NCBI GenBank assembly: GCA_965277715.1 | Contig: OZ255836.1 | Coordinates: 288,001-352,000, forward strand | DNA: 64,000 bases | From: Gammaproteobacteria bacterium | Lineage (GTDB): Bacteria; Pseudomonadota; Gammaproteobacteria; JBCCGL01 | Direction: 5' to 3' | Shown: in pieces, positions 1 through 10,230 of the stretch | How the letters are laid out: every line of letters begins with the position of its first letter | Numbering within the stretch: position 1 is the stretch's first letter | Program-made: the position numbers and the translations under genes | The notes under the pieces: model-generated | Told to the model about the DNA's origin: nothing | Database searches by the model: none | What the model saw: the letters and a program-made list of their open reading frames with translations, nothing else

Positions 1-918
1 CGGGTTGCCAGTACCGATGCCACGGTGATGATCAGTGGCCCCAGCGGTGCTGGTAAAGAGGTGATTGCGCGTTTTATCCACCAACATTCGGCGCGTGCTG
101 AACGACCGTTTATTGCCATCAACTGCGCCGCTATTCCGGAAAACATGCTCGAAGCGGTGTTGTTTGGTTATGAAAAAGGCGCGTTTACCGGCGCCTATAA
201 ATCCACACCCGGCAAGTTCGAAATGGCGCAAACCGGCACCTTATTGCTCGATGAAATTTCTGAAATGGATCTGGGCCTACAGGCAAAATTGCTGCGTGTA
301 TTACAGGAGAAAGAGGTTGAGCGACTGGGCGGGCGCAACCTTATTTCACTCGATGTGCGCATCCTCGCAACGACCAACCGCAACCTGAAACAGGCGGTGG
401 CAGAGGGGCATTTTCGCGAGGATTTATTTTACCGTCTGAATGTCTTTCCGATTATGTTACCGGCGCTCAATGCCCGGCGTAGCGATATTCCTCTGTTGGC
501 CAATTATTTTATCGCCAAATACCATAAAGACGGTGAAATAGCGCGTGAGCTGACGATGGCTGCTGAGTTGAAGTTAATGGAATATAGCTGGCCCGGCAAT
601 GTCCGCGAGCTGGATAACGTGATTCAACGTGCGCTTATCCTGGCGTCTGGCCAACAGATTGCGATCGACAGTATTTTATTTGAGGAACCCGGCGGACAGG
701 CAACGATTGCTGCGCATGATGGCACCAGCCAGCTTAACTCTAACTTGAGAAACCGTGAAGAGGAAATAATTCTCGACGCGTTGACGGCATCGGGCGGGAG
801 CCGTAAGTCGGCCGCTGCCGCGCTGGGTATATCGGCACGCACATTGCGGTACAAATTATCGCGTATGCGTGAGGAGGGCATTGCCATTCCCGGACAGGCC
901 AACGTGGCATTTCAATGA
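1..918 (+). CDS. fleR: Sigma-54-dependent flagellar regulator FleR/FlrC-like (5' end outside window)
   Basis: Frame open from base 1; Walker [24 protein letters not shown]-terminal Fis HTH; immediately upstream of fliE. Confidence 0.85.
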   Translation, partial: RVASTDATVMISGPSGAGKEVIARFIHQHSARAERPFIAINCAAIPENMLEAVLFGYEKGAFTGAYKSTPGKFEMAQTGTLLLDEISEMDLGLQAKLLRVLQEKEVERLGGRNLISLDVRILATTNRNLKQAVAEGHFREDLFYRLNVFPIMLPALNARRSDIPLLANYFIAKYHKDGEIARELTMAAELKLMEYSWPGNVRELDNVIQRALILASGQQIAIDSILFEEPGGQATIAAHDGTSQLNSNLRNREEEIILDALTASGGSRKSAAAALGISARTLRYKLSRMREEGIAIPGQANVAFQ

Positions 919-936
919 CCATTCGATAAATGGAGG

Positions 937-1299
937 ATGAGTAGTATGAACAATATCGCTGTTACCAGTGTGCCCAATATTCTGCTCGGTGAATTGGAGC
1001 GGATGCGCGCACTCGCTAAAAATGAATCATCGACCAGTGCGGGCCTGGCTGCGCTGGCTATGCCGGAAGACCCACAAGACAGTTTTTCTGCGTTGGTACG
1101 TCGGCAGGTGGAGAGTGTTAACGCCACGCAAAAGCAAGCGGGAAAGCTCGCTGAATTATTTGAAATTGGTGACCCGGATGTCAGCCTGGTCGATGTGATG
1201 ATCGCTGGGCAAAAATCCAGTGTGGCGTTTAGCGCATTGGTGGAAGTGCGCAACAAAATGCTCTCCGCCTACCAGGAAGTGATGAATATGCAGGTGTGA
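937..1299 (+). CDS. fliE: Flagellar hook-basal body protein FliE
   Basis: C-terminal VEVRNKMLSAYQEVMNMQV signature; GGAGG RBS; synteny. Confidence 0.97.
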   Translation: MSSMNNIAVTSVPNILLGELERMRALAKNESSTSAGLAALAMPEDPQDSFSALVRRQVESVNATQKQAGKLAELFEIGDPDVSLVDVMIAGQKSSVAFSALVEVRNKMLSAYQEVMNMQV

Positions 1300-1414
1300 G
1301 TCAGGCGATGAATCTGACAATTTCCCAATCAATATGTATGGATATATCTATATTTGCTTACGTGCAAATTAATACATGGGCGTTAGATCCCCGTATTGAG
1401 CACGGGCTATAAGA

Positions 1415-3313
1415 ATGGTCGATGTTGCAACAATAGAGGACGATTTCCCCGGCACTGGTACTGGCACTGAGCTGCAGGCCAGTCGTGCCGACCAACTCGC
1501 GAGCCCAATGCCCTGGCGTCAGGCCCCGGTATTGCGCCAGGTTGTGGTATTGGTGGCGCTGGCGGTGGCCATTTCCATTGGTGTGGCGGTAGCTTTGTGG
1601 TCCAAAGACCCTAATTACACCCCATTGTTTTCAGAGTTGATGCACGATGATGTGTCGAAAATTGGCGAGGCGCTAAAGAGCGGTGATATCCCGTTTCGCA
1701 TAGACGCAAATACCGGGGGCATACTGGTGCCCAGCGCCCGCGTGCGCGAGGTGCGTATGCGCTTGGCGGCGCAGGGGCTGCCAGAGAGCAGTACCACCGG
1801 GCTGGAGATTCTGCAGGAGGAGCAAGACCTCAGTACCAGTCAGTTTATCGAATCGGCGCGTTACAACCACGCCCTGGAAACCGAGCTGGCCCGCTCGGTT
1901 TCGACACTGAAAAATATCAAGACCGCCCGCGTGCACCTGGCGCTGCCCAAACAGTCGATTTTTGTGCGCAAGCGCATCAAGCCAACGGCATCGGTTATCG
2001 TCTCATTACACCCAGGGCGGATATTGGAGCGCAGCCAGATTGCTGCAATCGTCCACCTGGTATCGTCGAGCATTGCCAATATGGAGGCCGGTCAGGTCAC
2101 GGTGGTCGATCAATATGGTCGTCTGCTGACCGATGCCGACAGCAACCCGGGCATTGCGCTGAGCGCCAAGCAGTTTGAATACCGCCGTTCGCTGGAGCGG
2201 GATTACAGCGAGCGCATTGTCAATTTGCTGGAACCGATTGTGGGGTACGGCAAAGTGCGTGCGCAAGTGACGGCGGAGCTGAATTTCTCGCAGGTTGAGA
2301 GTACCCAGGAAGTCTTCGACCCAGACCAGAAGGATGCGCGCCAACTGGTGCGTAGCGAACAGACCAGCGAAGAGGAAAACCGCCTTGATCGCGCACTGGG
2401 CATACCTGGCGCGCTCACCAATCAGCCACCGGGTGAGGGCACAACCGATGCCGAAGCCACAGCAAATGAAGACGGTGGAAAACCCAGCAGTGTCAGCCGT
2501 GCAGCCACGCGCAACTATGAGATTGATCGCGTTATCAGCCATCAGCGAAAGTCGTCAGGCGATATCCAGCGTTTGGCCGTGGCCGTTATTGTCGATGATA
2601 AACAGGTGGCTGTCACCGTGCCACAACCGGTGAAGATAGGCAGTGCCGACACCAGCAGTGCAGACGATGTGGCTGTCGATGACAATGCCGACGAACCGGC
2701 GGAGGCCGGGTCGGATGCGGTGGAAGGCACTGACCAGGCACCCGTATCTACATCTGGCATAAGCATGAAACGCCAGCCTTATACCGACCTGGAACTTGAA
2801 CGGCTTACCGAGCTGGTACGCGAGGTAACGGGGTTTAGTGTTGCCAGGGGCGACACGATTAAAGTACTGAATGCGTCGTTTTTCGAACCGGAGATCAGTG
2901 ATATTCCTGAGCTGCCTCTCTGGGAGCAAATCTGGTTCCAGGATCTGGTCAAACAGGTGCTGGGGGGGATTTTTATCCTGCTGTTATTACTGCTGATCGT
3001 ACGCCCCATTGTACGTGGGTTGATACCTGTCGATAAAGAGGAGAATGTCGATGATGAGAGCGAAGATAAAGAGGACGACGATGAGGACGATGTGGATGAA
3101 GACGACGACTCGATTGAAGGCGAGCTTGCCGAGGTTGAAATTATCTGGGGTGAAGATGGTCGCCCCATCGACCCGGCAGCCGATGCGAGCATGATGCAAT
3201 TTGATAAAAAACTGAATTACGCACGTATATTGGTACAGGAGGATCCGGCACGCGCTGCCACCATGATGAAGATCTGGATGAACCAGGCCGAAGAAGAAAA
3301 AGATGCCGCTTGA
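1415..3313 (+). CDS. fliF: Flagellar MS-ring protein FliF
   Basis: Two TM helices, ARVHLALPK..F, RNYEIDR, RLAVAVIVD motifs; synteny. Confidence 0.97.
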   Translation: MVDVATIEDDFPGTGTGTELQASRADQLASPMPWRQAPVLRQVVVLVALAVAISIGVAVALWSKDPNYTPLFSELMHDDVSKIGEALKSGDIPFRIDANTGGILVPSARVREVRMRLAAQGLPESSTTGLEILQEEQDLSTSQFIESARYNHALETELARSVSTLKNIKTARVHLALPKQSIFVRKRIKPTASVIVSLHPGRILERSQIAAIVHLVSSSIANMEAGQVTVVDQYGRLLTDADSNPGIALSAKQFEYRRSLERDYSERIVNLLEPIVGYGKVRAQVTAELNFSQVESTQEVFDPDQKDARQLVRSEQTSEEENRLDRALGIPGALTNQPPGEGTTDAEATANEDGGKPSSVSRAATRNYEIDRVISHQRKSSGDIQRLAVAVIVDDKQVAVTVPQPVKIGSADTSSADDVAVDDNADEPAEAGSDAVEGTDQAPVSTSGISMKRQPYTDLELERLTELVREVTGFSVARGDTIKVLNASFFEPEISDIPELPLWEQIWFQDLVKQVLGGIFILLLLLLIVRPIVRGLIPVDKEENVDDESEDKEDDDEDDVDEDDDSIEGELAEVEIIWGEDGRPIDPAADASMMQFDKKLNYARILVQEDPARAATMMKIWMNQAEEEKDAA

Positions 3314-4310
3314 AGACCCTGAAAACATTGGCAGTATTGAGCAGGCAGCTATCTTCCTGCTCAGTATCGGTGAAGACGAAGCCTCCGAAATTATGAAAAA
3401 CCTTGGTCAGCGCGAGGTTCAGGTGCTGGGCGCACGCATGTCAACCCTCAAGGGGGTGACGCGTAGCATTGTCGACGATTCGATTACCCGGTTTGTCAAT
3501 GAAATACAGGACAAAACGTCGGTGGGTATCGGCGGGGATGCATACCTGCGCTCGGTGCTGGTTAAGGCATTGGGGACGGAAAAAGCCGAGGGTATTATTG
3601 ATAAGATTCTGCTCAATGGCACGGGCCAGGGGATTGAGGCACTCAAGTGGATGGAGGCGCGGGCTGTATCTGAAATTGTGCGTTATGAACACCCACAGAT
3701 CATTGCGCTGGTGCTTTCATTCCTCGACCCCGGGCAGGCGGCCAGTGTGCTGAACTTCCTGCCAGAAAACCAACGCACCGACATTATGATGCGTATCGCT
3801 ACACTCGATAGTATTCCGCCTGCGGCAATCCGGGAACTTGACCAGATTCTCGAACAGCACGCCACCTCAGATATAAATATCGAATCTGCCAAGCTGGGCG
3901 GTGTACAGACAGTGGCGGAGATACTCAACAATATCGGCCCGGCATCGGAAGGGGTGATGGAGCAGTTAAAAGAGGAGGACGCCGACCTCGGTGATCGTAT
4001 TGCCGATTTGATGTTTGTCTTTGAAAATCTGATCGATGTCGAGGATCGCGGCATTCAGGCTTTATTGCGTGAAGTGTCTACTGATAGCCTGACCCTGGCA
4101 CTTAAAGGTGTTTCGGAAGAGTTGAAAAATAAAATACTGAAGAATATGTCGAGCCGTGCGGCGGATATGCTCTCTGAGGATATGGAGGCGAAAGGCCCGG
4201 TACGCCTTAGCGAGGTCGAGGAGGCGCAGAAGGAAATTCTTCTTGTTGCGCGCAGGCTGGAATCTGAGGGCTCGATTATGCTAGGTGGCGGTGGAGAGGA
4301 GTTTGTTTAA
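3303..4310 (+). CDS. fliG: Flagellar motor switch protein FliG
   Basis: EHPQIIALVL, MFVFENL, GPVRLSEVEEAQ motifs. Confidence 0.97.
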   Translation: MPLEDPENIGSIEQAAIFLLSIGEDEASEIMKNLGQREVQVLGARMSTLKGVTRSIVDDSITRFVNEIQDKTSVGIGGDAYLRSVLVKALGTEKAEGIIDKILLNGTGQGIEALKWMEARAVSEIVRYEHPQIIALVLSFLDPGQAASVLNFLPENQRTDIMMRIATLDSIPPAAIRELDQILEQHATSDINIESAKLGGVQTVAEILNNIGPASEGVMEQLKEEDADLGDRIADLMFVFENLIDVEDRGIQALLREVSTDSLTLALKGVSEELKNKILKNMSSRAADMLSEDMEAKGPVRLSEVEEAQKEILLVARRLESEGSIMLGGGGEEFV

Positions 4311-4956
4311 TTCAGCGCCCGTAAGCCGCTGGCAATTACCGGATGTCGGCGATCAGGCCGGCACACAATCCATAGCACAAAGCGAAGACCTGGATACTGA
4401 ATCTGAGTTGCCCGCACTGCCCACTGCCGAGGAAATTGCGCGTTGGGAGGAAGAGGCCCGCAAAAAAGGCCAGGAAGAAGGGCATCAATCCGGGTATCAA
4501 GCTGGCTATACCTCGGGGGAGGCCGATGTCGCCGATAAGTCGGCGCAGTTTGCCGCGCTGATCAATGCACTCGAATACCCGTTTGAGCAGCTCGATAAAC
4601 AGGTTGAGCAGGAATTGATGCAATTGGTGGTGACATTGGCACAACAACTGGTGCGGCGTGAAATCCGGCTGGAGCCAGGGGAGATCATTGGTGTGATCCG
4701 CGAGTCGATGGCCTTGCTACCGGCCAACAAACGGCGCGTTTCGATTGATCTTCACCCGGAAGATGCCGCCCTGGTGCGCGAGACACTGATGGCGGGCGAG
4801 AGTGACAACAACTGGCGGCTGGTCGAAGACCCTTTGATTACCCGTGGTGGATGTCGTATTAGCACCGATGTCTCGCAGCTCGACGCGACCCTGGAGGCTA
4901 GGCTCGCCTCACTGGCGGCGACTATGTTAGGGGGTGAGCGCCAGGGTGATGAATAA
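4285..4956 (+). CDS. fliH: Flagellar assembly protein FliH
   Basis: W-x-LP N-terminal motif, GxxxG repeats, LHPED, GGCRI. Confidence 0.93.
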   Translation: MAVERSLFNSAPVSRWQLPDVGDQAGTQSIAQSEDLDTESELPALPTAEEIARWEEEARKKGQEEGHQSGYQAGYTSGEADVADKSAQFAALINALEYPFEQLDKQVEQELMQLVVTLAQQLVRREIRLEPGEIIGVIRESMALLPANKRRVSIDLHPEDAALVRETLMAGESDNNWRLVEDPLITRGGCRISTDVSQLDATLEARLASLAATMLGGERQGDE

Positions 4957-6364
4957 GGTTACTGGGCCAGAACAGCAACCCCCTGACAATAGCCAGCGGT
5001 GGTTAAACTGGCTATCTGAAACGCAACAGCGACTACCAAAAATTTCCAAGCCCCCTGTCGAGGGCATGCTGACGCGTATGGTTGGTTTGACCCTTGAAGC
5101 GGTGGGGTGTCAGGCCGCCATCGGGGCGCGCTGCCATGTCGTGGCTGCGGGTATCGATCCGGTCGAAACAGAGGTTGTGGGTTTTTCCGGTGACAAGTTA
5201 TTTCTGATGCCTACCGGTGACATACAGGGCCTGGTGCCCAATGCGCGGGTGATTCCCAGTGATCGCGTGTACCGCGTACCTGTGGGCAAACAACTCCTTG
5301 GGCGTGTGCTCGATGGCAGCGGGGCACCGCTCGACGGTAAAGGCCCGCTGAACGTGGCGGACGCTATGCCATTGCACAGCCCACCGATCAACCCGCTGCA
5401 ACGTGAACCTATCAGTACAACACTGGATGTCGGGGTGCGCACCATCAATGCGCTGCTCAGTGTGGGGCGTGGTCAGCGGCTGGGTTTGTTTGCCGGTAGT
5501 GGTGTCGGCAAAAGCGTGTTGCTGGGCATGATGACCCGCTACACCAGTGCCGATATCGTCGTGGTTGGCCTGATTGGCGAGCGTGGTCGGGAAGTTAAGG
5601 AGTTTGTCCAGGAGATTTTGGGTGAAACGGGGATGGCGCGTGCTGTCGTTGTCGCGGCTCCGGCAGACACCTCACCCCTGAACCGCCTACACGGTGCACT
5701 GCTGTGCCACAGCATCGCCGAATATTTCCGCGATCAGGGGCACAATGTACTGCTACTGATGGACTCACTCACCCGGTTTGCCCAGGCGCAGCGGGAAATT
5801 GCCCTGGCAATCGGCGAATTGCCCGCCACCAAAGGTTACCCTCCTTCCGTTTTTGCCCGTTTGCCACAGCTCGTTGAGCGGGCGGGTAATGGTGGAATGC
5901 AGGGTGGCTCGATCACCGCGTTTTACACTGTGCTGGTTGAAGGTGACGACAACAACGACCCCATCGCCGATGCATCGCGTGCGATACTCGACGGGCATGT
6001 GGTGCTGTCCAGGCAGTTGGCAGAATCCGGCCACTTTCCGGCTATCGATATAGAGGCATCCATTAGCCGGGCGATGAATGCCATTACCGGGCGCGACCAA
6101 CAAAAATGGGTGCAGCAGTTTCGGTATTTGTATTCCAACTACGAAAAAAACCGCGACCTGATCAGTGTCGGTGCCTATCAACAAGGCACAGATTCGGCCA
6201 TTGATCACGCGATTCTTATGCATCCCCATTTAATGCGTTTCCTCACCCAGGACATGTACAACGCCGTCAACAGTGAAGACAGCCTGAGCCAGTTGCAGGC
6301 CTTATTGGAAGGTAATGCAGCGCCGCCGGTACGGGCAGAGGTAAGCAATGCCGAACCGGCATAA
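4949..6364 (+). CDS. fliI: Flagellum-specific ATPase FliI
   Basis: GSGVGKS, DSLTRFAQAQREI, GYPPSVF; ATG overlaps fliH end. Confidence 0.97.
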   Translation: MNKVTGPEQQPPDNSQRWLNWLSETQQRLPKISKPPVEGMLTRMVGLTLEAVGCQAAIGARCHVVAAGIDPVETEVVGFSGDKLFLMPTGDIQGLVPNARVIPSDRVYRVPVGKQLLGRVLDGSGAPLDGKGPLNVADAMPLHSPPINPLQREPISTTLDVGVRTINALLSVGRGQRLGLFAGSGVGKSVLLGMMTRYTSADIVVVGLIGERGREVKEFVQEILGETGMARAVVVAAPADTSPLNRLHGALLCHSIAEYFRDQGHNVLLLMDSLTRFAQAQREIALAIGELPATKGYPPSVFARLPQLVERAGNGGMQGGSITAFYTVLVEGDDNNDPIADASRAILDGHVVLSRQLAESGHFPAIDIEASISRAMNAITGRDQQKWVQQFRYLYSNYEKNRDLISVGAYQQGTDSAIDHAILMHPHLMRFLTQDMYNAVNSEDSLSQLQALLEGNAAPPVRAEVSNAEPA

Positions 6365-6794
6365 GCAGCTTGAATTGATTAAACGCGTCACCCATGACCG
6401 CGTGCTTGACGCGCAGCAAGTGGCCATCGATTCGCAGCAGGCGTTACAACAAAACAAAGCGCAGCTAACGCAGTTACTCGCCTACCGGGGAGAGTACAGC
6501 ACCCGGTTTGTGGATAACGGCAGTCAGGGCATCAATGCCAGCCAACTGGCTGAATACCGTGCTTTTCTCGCCCGGCTCGATCAGGCGATTGGTGCGCAAC
6601 AAGAGGCGATTAAAAAAAATAACCTGCGATGGATTGATAACCGGGCGTCGTGGCAAAAAGTGCAATCGCATGAAAAAGCTCTGGATAAGGTTATGGAGAA
6701 GCGTAGGGCTGATGAGCTGCATTGGCAGGAACAGCAGGAGCAGCGAGTGAGTGATGAGCGGGTACTGATTAAAGGGGTGAAGGGTGAAGGGTGA
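6348..6794 (+). CDS. fliJ: Flagellar export protein FliJ
   Basis: 148-aa coiled coil, QLLAYRGEY and YRAFLARLDQAI motifs, directly after fliI. Confidence 0.92.
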   Translation: MPNRHKQLELIKRVTHDRVLDAQQVAIDSQQALQQNKAQLTQLLAYRGEYSTRFVDNGSQGINASQLAEYRAFLARLDQAIGAQQEAIKKNNLRWIDNRASWQKVQSHEKALDKVMEKRRADELHWQEQQEQRVSDERVLIKGVKGEG

Positions 6795-6811
6795 AGGGTG
6801 AAGGGTGAAGG
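6775..6811 (+). repeat. Heptamer tandem repeat (GGGTGAA)x5 spanning the fliJ stop codon
   Basis: gggtgaagggtgaagggtgaagggtgaagggtgaagg read directly. Confidence 0.95.
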
Positions 6812-6902
6812 AGTTTGACTCCTTATACGTTAATACTCAGTCGAATATAATCAGATATACTAAGCATACCCTACCTTTATGCGATGCTTGACAATAGCAA
6901 CG

Positions 6903-7112
6903 ATGATTTCTGAAATATACACGGCGTTGCTGGATGCGGGCGTGACAGAAGAAAAAGCGCGTTTGGCGGCGGAGGCTTTGTCCGCTGAAAATCTCGCGAC
7001 AAAGCAGGATGTTAACGAGCTTAAAGGCGAGGTTCGCTTGTTAAAATGGATGTTGGGTATTGTCATTGCTGCCCAAGTAGTGCCTTTGCTAAAGGCGCTT
7101 GGCGTCGTCTGA
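6903..7112 (+). CDS. Small coiled-coil membrane protein (DUF1640/CCDC90-like)
   Basis: IYTALLDAGVTEEKARLAAE, LATKQDV, LLKWMLG followed by a C-terminal TM helix. Confidence 0.7.
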   Translation: MISEIYTALLDAGVTEEKARLAAEALSAENLATKQDVNELKGEVRLLKWMLGIVIAAQVVPLLKALGVV

Positions 7113-7117
7113 AACCA

Positions 7118-7480
7118 TCAACTTTCCACCAGCGTAAAATTAAATTCATCCAAGCCCCAGGTTTGCTCGCCATTGGTATAGTTTGCATACCGCCACGCCA
7201 ACTCGCTGCCGCTTATCTGACCGTTCTTATGGTTAATACTATACCAATGACCTGCGTCGCAGTGTCGTAGTGTGCTGAGGTATTTTCCAGTGTCTGAACA
7301 CCATATTTTTGATGGTATTGTCGTCGGAATTGGAAGCGATGTATTTGCTGTTGTGGTCGAAGGCAACGCTGAGAACTAGGCTTAGGCTTTGATGACCTTT
7401 TAAGGTGTGAATACATTGCCCTGATTGGGCGTTCCATATTTTGATGCTTTGATTAGAGGGAGTAGAAGCGATGGATGTCC
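7118..7480 (-). pseudogene. C-terminal remnant of a WD40-repeat protein (frameshifted)
   Basis: Manual translation: IASTPSNQSIKIWNAQSGQCIHTLKGHQSLSLVLSVAFDHNSKYIASNSDDNTIK, one extra A, then IWCSDTGKYLSTLRH. Confidence 0.8.
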
Positions 7481-7660
7481 CGTTGTGATTGCTGCCTCCG
7501 AGATTACTTTAGTAATGAGCGAGCGCAAATTAAAGGCATGAAGGGTGCTGAAATGAGTGTGGGATGTGTAGAGTGCACATTGAATTGCGGGCTCAAAGAT
7601 TTTGACTTTATATGAGTGGATGAATAAACTCAGACTAAGTGGACTAAGCGAGGTGGTATT

Positions 7661-7909
7661 GTGACGCAGATTGTTAATATGCATGAAGCCAAGACGCATT
7701 TCTCCAGGATAGGCGCAAAAGTCGCCAGCGGGGAAGAGGTCATAATTGCGAAGGCGGGAAAGCCGTATTTTCGTTGCGTACCGTTAAAACAAACGCTTGT
7801 TGACCGTTCAGGACTCATCGGCGCCTTTGGCGGAAAAATTGCACGCACCGATGACGCTTACGATGACCTACCCCCAGATACCTGGGATGTTCACAACGAC
7901 GACACATGA
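7661..7909 (+). CDS. Phd/YefM-family antitoxin
   Basis: VNMHEAKTHFS..GEEVIIAKAGKP; ATGA overlap with PIN toxin. Confidence 0.9.
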   Translation: MTQIVNMHEAKTHFSRIGAKVASGEEVIIAKAGKPYFRCVPLKQTLVDRSGLIGAFGGKIARTDDAYDDLPPDTWDVHNDDT

Positions 7910-8292
7910 ATCAAGGGTATATTGTCGACACACATGTGATGTTGTGGATCCTGGAAAACCGGAAGGTTCCAGAACACATTATTAAGGCCGTCGTCGATAA
8001 GGATAATCAGTGTTACTACAGCCTGGTATCGGTGTGGGAAATTGCGATCAAGTATGCCCTGGAGAAAATAAATATAAGCCCTGAGCAATTCGTCGGTTAT
8101 ATGGAAGCGTATGAGGTTTTTTCACTGGATATCAAAAAGTCGCATATATACCAGGTTGCCACACTCCCCCATATACACAAAGACCCATTTGACCGCCTGA
8201 TGATTGCCCAGGCAATGGTCGAAGGCTTAACGCTTGTTACTGCGGATGAACGTATTGTGCAATATAGGGGTGTAAATATCTTAAAATTTTAG
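7906..8292 (+). CDS. vapC: VapC/PIN-domain toxin
   Basis: IVDTHVMLW, SVWEIAIK, HKDPFDRLMIAQA. Confidence 0.92.
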   Translation: MNQGYIVDTHVMLWILENRKVPEHIIKAVVDKDNQCYYSLVSVWEIAIKYALEKINISPEQFVGYMEAYEVFSLDIKKSHIYQVATLPHIHKDPFDRLMIAQAMVEGLTLVTADERIVQYRGVNILKF

Positions 8293-8342
8293 TGTGGCCA
8301 TGGAAGGGGCACCTTGGTTTTCCTGTGCTGTTTTCGGTCACT

Positions 8343-8748
8343 TTATCGAACCCAATTTTCCAGTTTTAGGCCATCTACACGCTCAAATTCTTTCGTATTA
8401 TTCGTTACCAGGGTTAAATTCCGGCTCAAGGCTATTTATTGCCGCTATTTGTAGATCGTAGGGTCCGATAGGCGTTCCCATGCGTTTTAAAGCGGCGCGA
8501 ATCCTGGCTGCATACAAAGCGTCTTCCTTGCCGAATTCGATAATCTCCAGTGGCGCTAAAAATTGGTTAAGCGCCTGTCGGTTACGTTTGCCTGGCTGGC
8601 CGTTTTCAATGCCAAAGGCGAGTTCGAAAACGCTTATAGATGAGATATATACTTGTGTTTTTTTTAGCGCGGCAAATCGTTGGCGAACAACTGCTGGTTT
8701 ATGTTTGATGATGTAAATACAGATATTGGTATCTAACAGATAATCCAT
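8343..8748 (-). pseudogene. vapC: VapC tRNA(fMet) endonuclease-type toxin, frameshifted
   Basis: LLDTNICIY..IGPYDLQIAA; a 4-nt duplication (gcaATAAATAgcc) shifts the conserved tail ALSRNLTLVTNNTKEFERVDGLKLENWVR out of frame. Confidence 0.88.
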
Positions 8749-8975
8749 TACCAATCCCTTTCCTGCATCTGAGGTTGTTCCCGCCCTTGTTCCATGAAAT
8801 CCTCAGTAAATTTATCCAGCCCATCAAACCAGGCATCCCAATTGGTTTCCAACGGTTCTAAAATAACCTGGTTGCCTTGACGGGTGATTTTTACCTCTTT
8901 ACCTGGCAGGCGGAAAGCTTTTGGTAGCCTGACAGCTTGAGAACGGCCATTTTGAAAGAGCTTAGCAGTTTGCAT
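8748..8975 (-). CDS. vapB: VapB antitoxin (AbrB/SpoVT fold)
   Basis: MQTAKLFQNGRSQAVRLPKAFR. Confidence 0.93.
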   Translation of the reverse strand: MQTAKLFQNGRSQAVRLPKAFRLPGKEVKITRQGNQVILEPLETNWDAWFDGLDKFTEDFMEQGREQPQMQERDW

Positions 8976-9292
8976 TGCGATGGTTTCCACTGGTATATGC
9001 CAAAAGTATATTCCATTTGAAGTGTTCAATTCAGCCTTATTCGTTAATACTATATCGATAATACACATCGCCGTGTACACAGGCATCCCTCAGACTTTCG
9101 ATACTATGTTTTGATGCTTGGGTTAGAGAAAATGAACCAAGGATGTCGAAGTACTCGACGAGCCACGCTGTTTTTTGTTATTTGTCTTTATACAAAAGGA
9201 TTCCCTCTGTCTTAGAAAAGCGCTACTATGCGTCAATAATTTGTCGCTCAGCCGTTGTGGATTGGCGGAGCAGCTTAATGAGGCGTGCGTTT

Positions 9293-9676
9293 ATGTTGAC
9301 ACCCACTGATACTAACGATGTGGTCAAAACCGATTTTTCGACGGTTGATTTTGATGAATGGATGGCGCTCTATCAACAAGACCCGGAAGCGTTTGAGCAG
9401 CGCCGTGCCGACTTGATTCAATCGGCTATTAGCCGTGCGCCCAAGCACCATCAGCGTCGCCTGAATGGCTTACAGTTTCAAGTGGATATGGAGCGACGAC
9501 GCACACACTCTCCATTGAAATGTTGCCTGCGCGTATCAGCGTTGATGTGGGAAAAATTTGATACGCTACGTGCCAATCTGAATGAACTCAGCGACCAGCA
9601 GTACAATACAGCGACTGTACAACGCAGTGAAACACAGCCTCACAACGCAGATATCTTGCCGTTTTCGCCCCAGTAA
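9293..9676 (+). CDS. DUF3135-like protein
   Basis: DFDEWMALYQQDPEAFEQRR..RLNGLQFQVD pattern; start uncertain (9278 or 9293). Confidence 0.75.
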   Translation: MLTPTDTNDVVKTDFSTVDFDEWMALYQQDPEAFEQRRADLIQSAISRAPKHHQRRLNGLQFQVDMERRRTHSPLKCCLRVSALMWEKFDTLRANLNELSDQQYNTATVQRSETQPHNADILPFSPQ

Positions 9677-9719
9677 TTAGCATGCCTATATAAGCATTCT
9701 AGATATTGAGCGGAGGGGC

Positions 9720-10100
9720 GGGCCAGGTATTCACTATTCAGTTCATTTTCAATCTGATGAATCATCTCTTTAAGTTCTCCGTTGTCTAATTGCTTCCTGA
9801 CTTAGGCTATTGCACTCGATACACCACCAGGATGACTCAAGGCAAAATAGTGAGCAATCGCTTTTAATGGCACACTACTAAGCCGCTGGCAGTAAAATAC
9901 ATAGCCAGTTTACGGGGAATGTTCGCACTACTGCCCTTACCTTGGCTGTCTAAAATACTGCCCTCGCTCACCCGGCAACAACTTGCCACAGTTCTTACTA
10001 CCACACGGGCGGGCACCTTTTCCTGCAATTGTGACCGGACATCAAGTCCATTCTGACTTTCCTTGTATTCGATCAACCATGAGAGAAATGTTTTATCCCC
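9720..10100 (-). pseudogene. Remnant of the DnaA-C-like HTH tail of an IS200/RAYT-like transposase
   Basis: GDKTFLSW...NIPRKLAMY, frameshift, CQRLSSVPLKAIAHYFALSHPGGVSSAI with an internal stop. Confidence 0.55.
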
Positions 10101-10230
10101 GTGGGAACTGCTGGGACAATGCATCCATGGAACGCTGTTTTAGATACTTTAAGACAGGGTAGGTGTCAGGCCAGGGTTATCAGAATTATGAGCAAGCCAA
10201 AAAGAATATTTTATCGTATATAAAACTTTA
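10100..10230 (+). pseudogene. IS3-family integrase C-terminal remnant interrupted by IS1595
   Basis: RGNCWDNASMERCFRYFKTG*..YEQAKKNILSYI; IS3-like end TTAACCACTAC at about 11360-11370. Confidence 0.65.
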
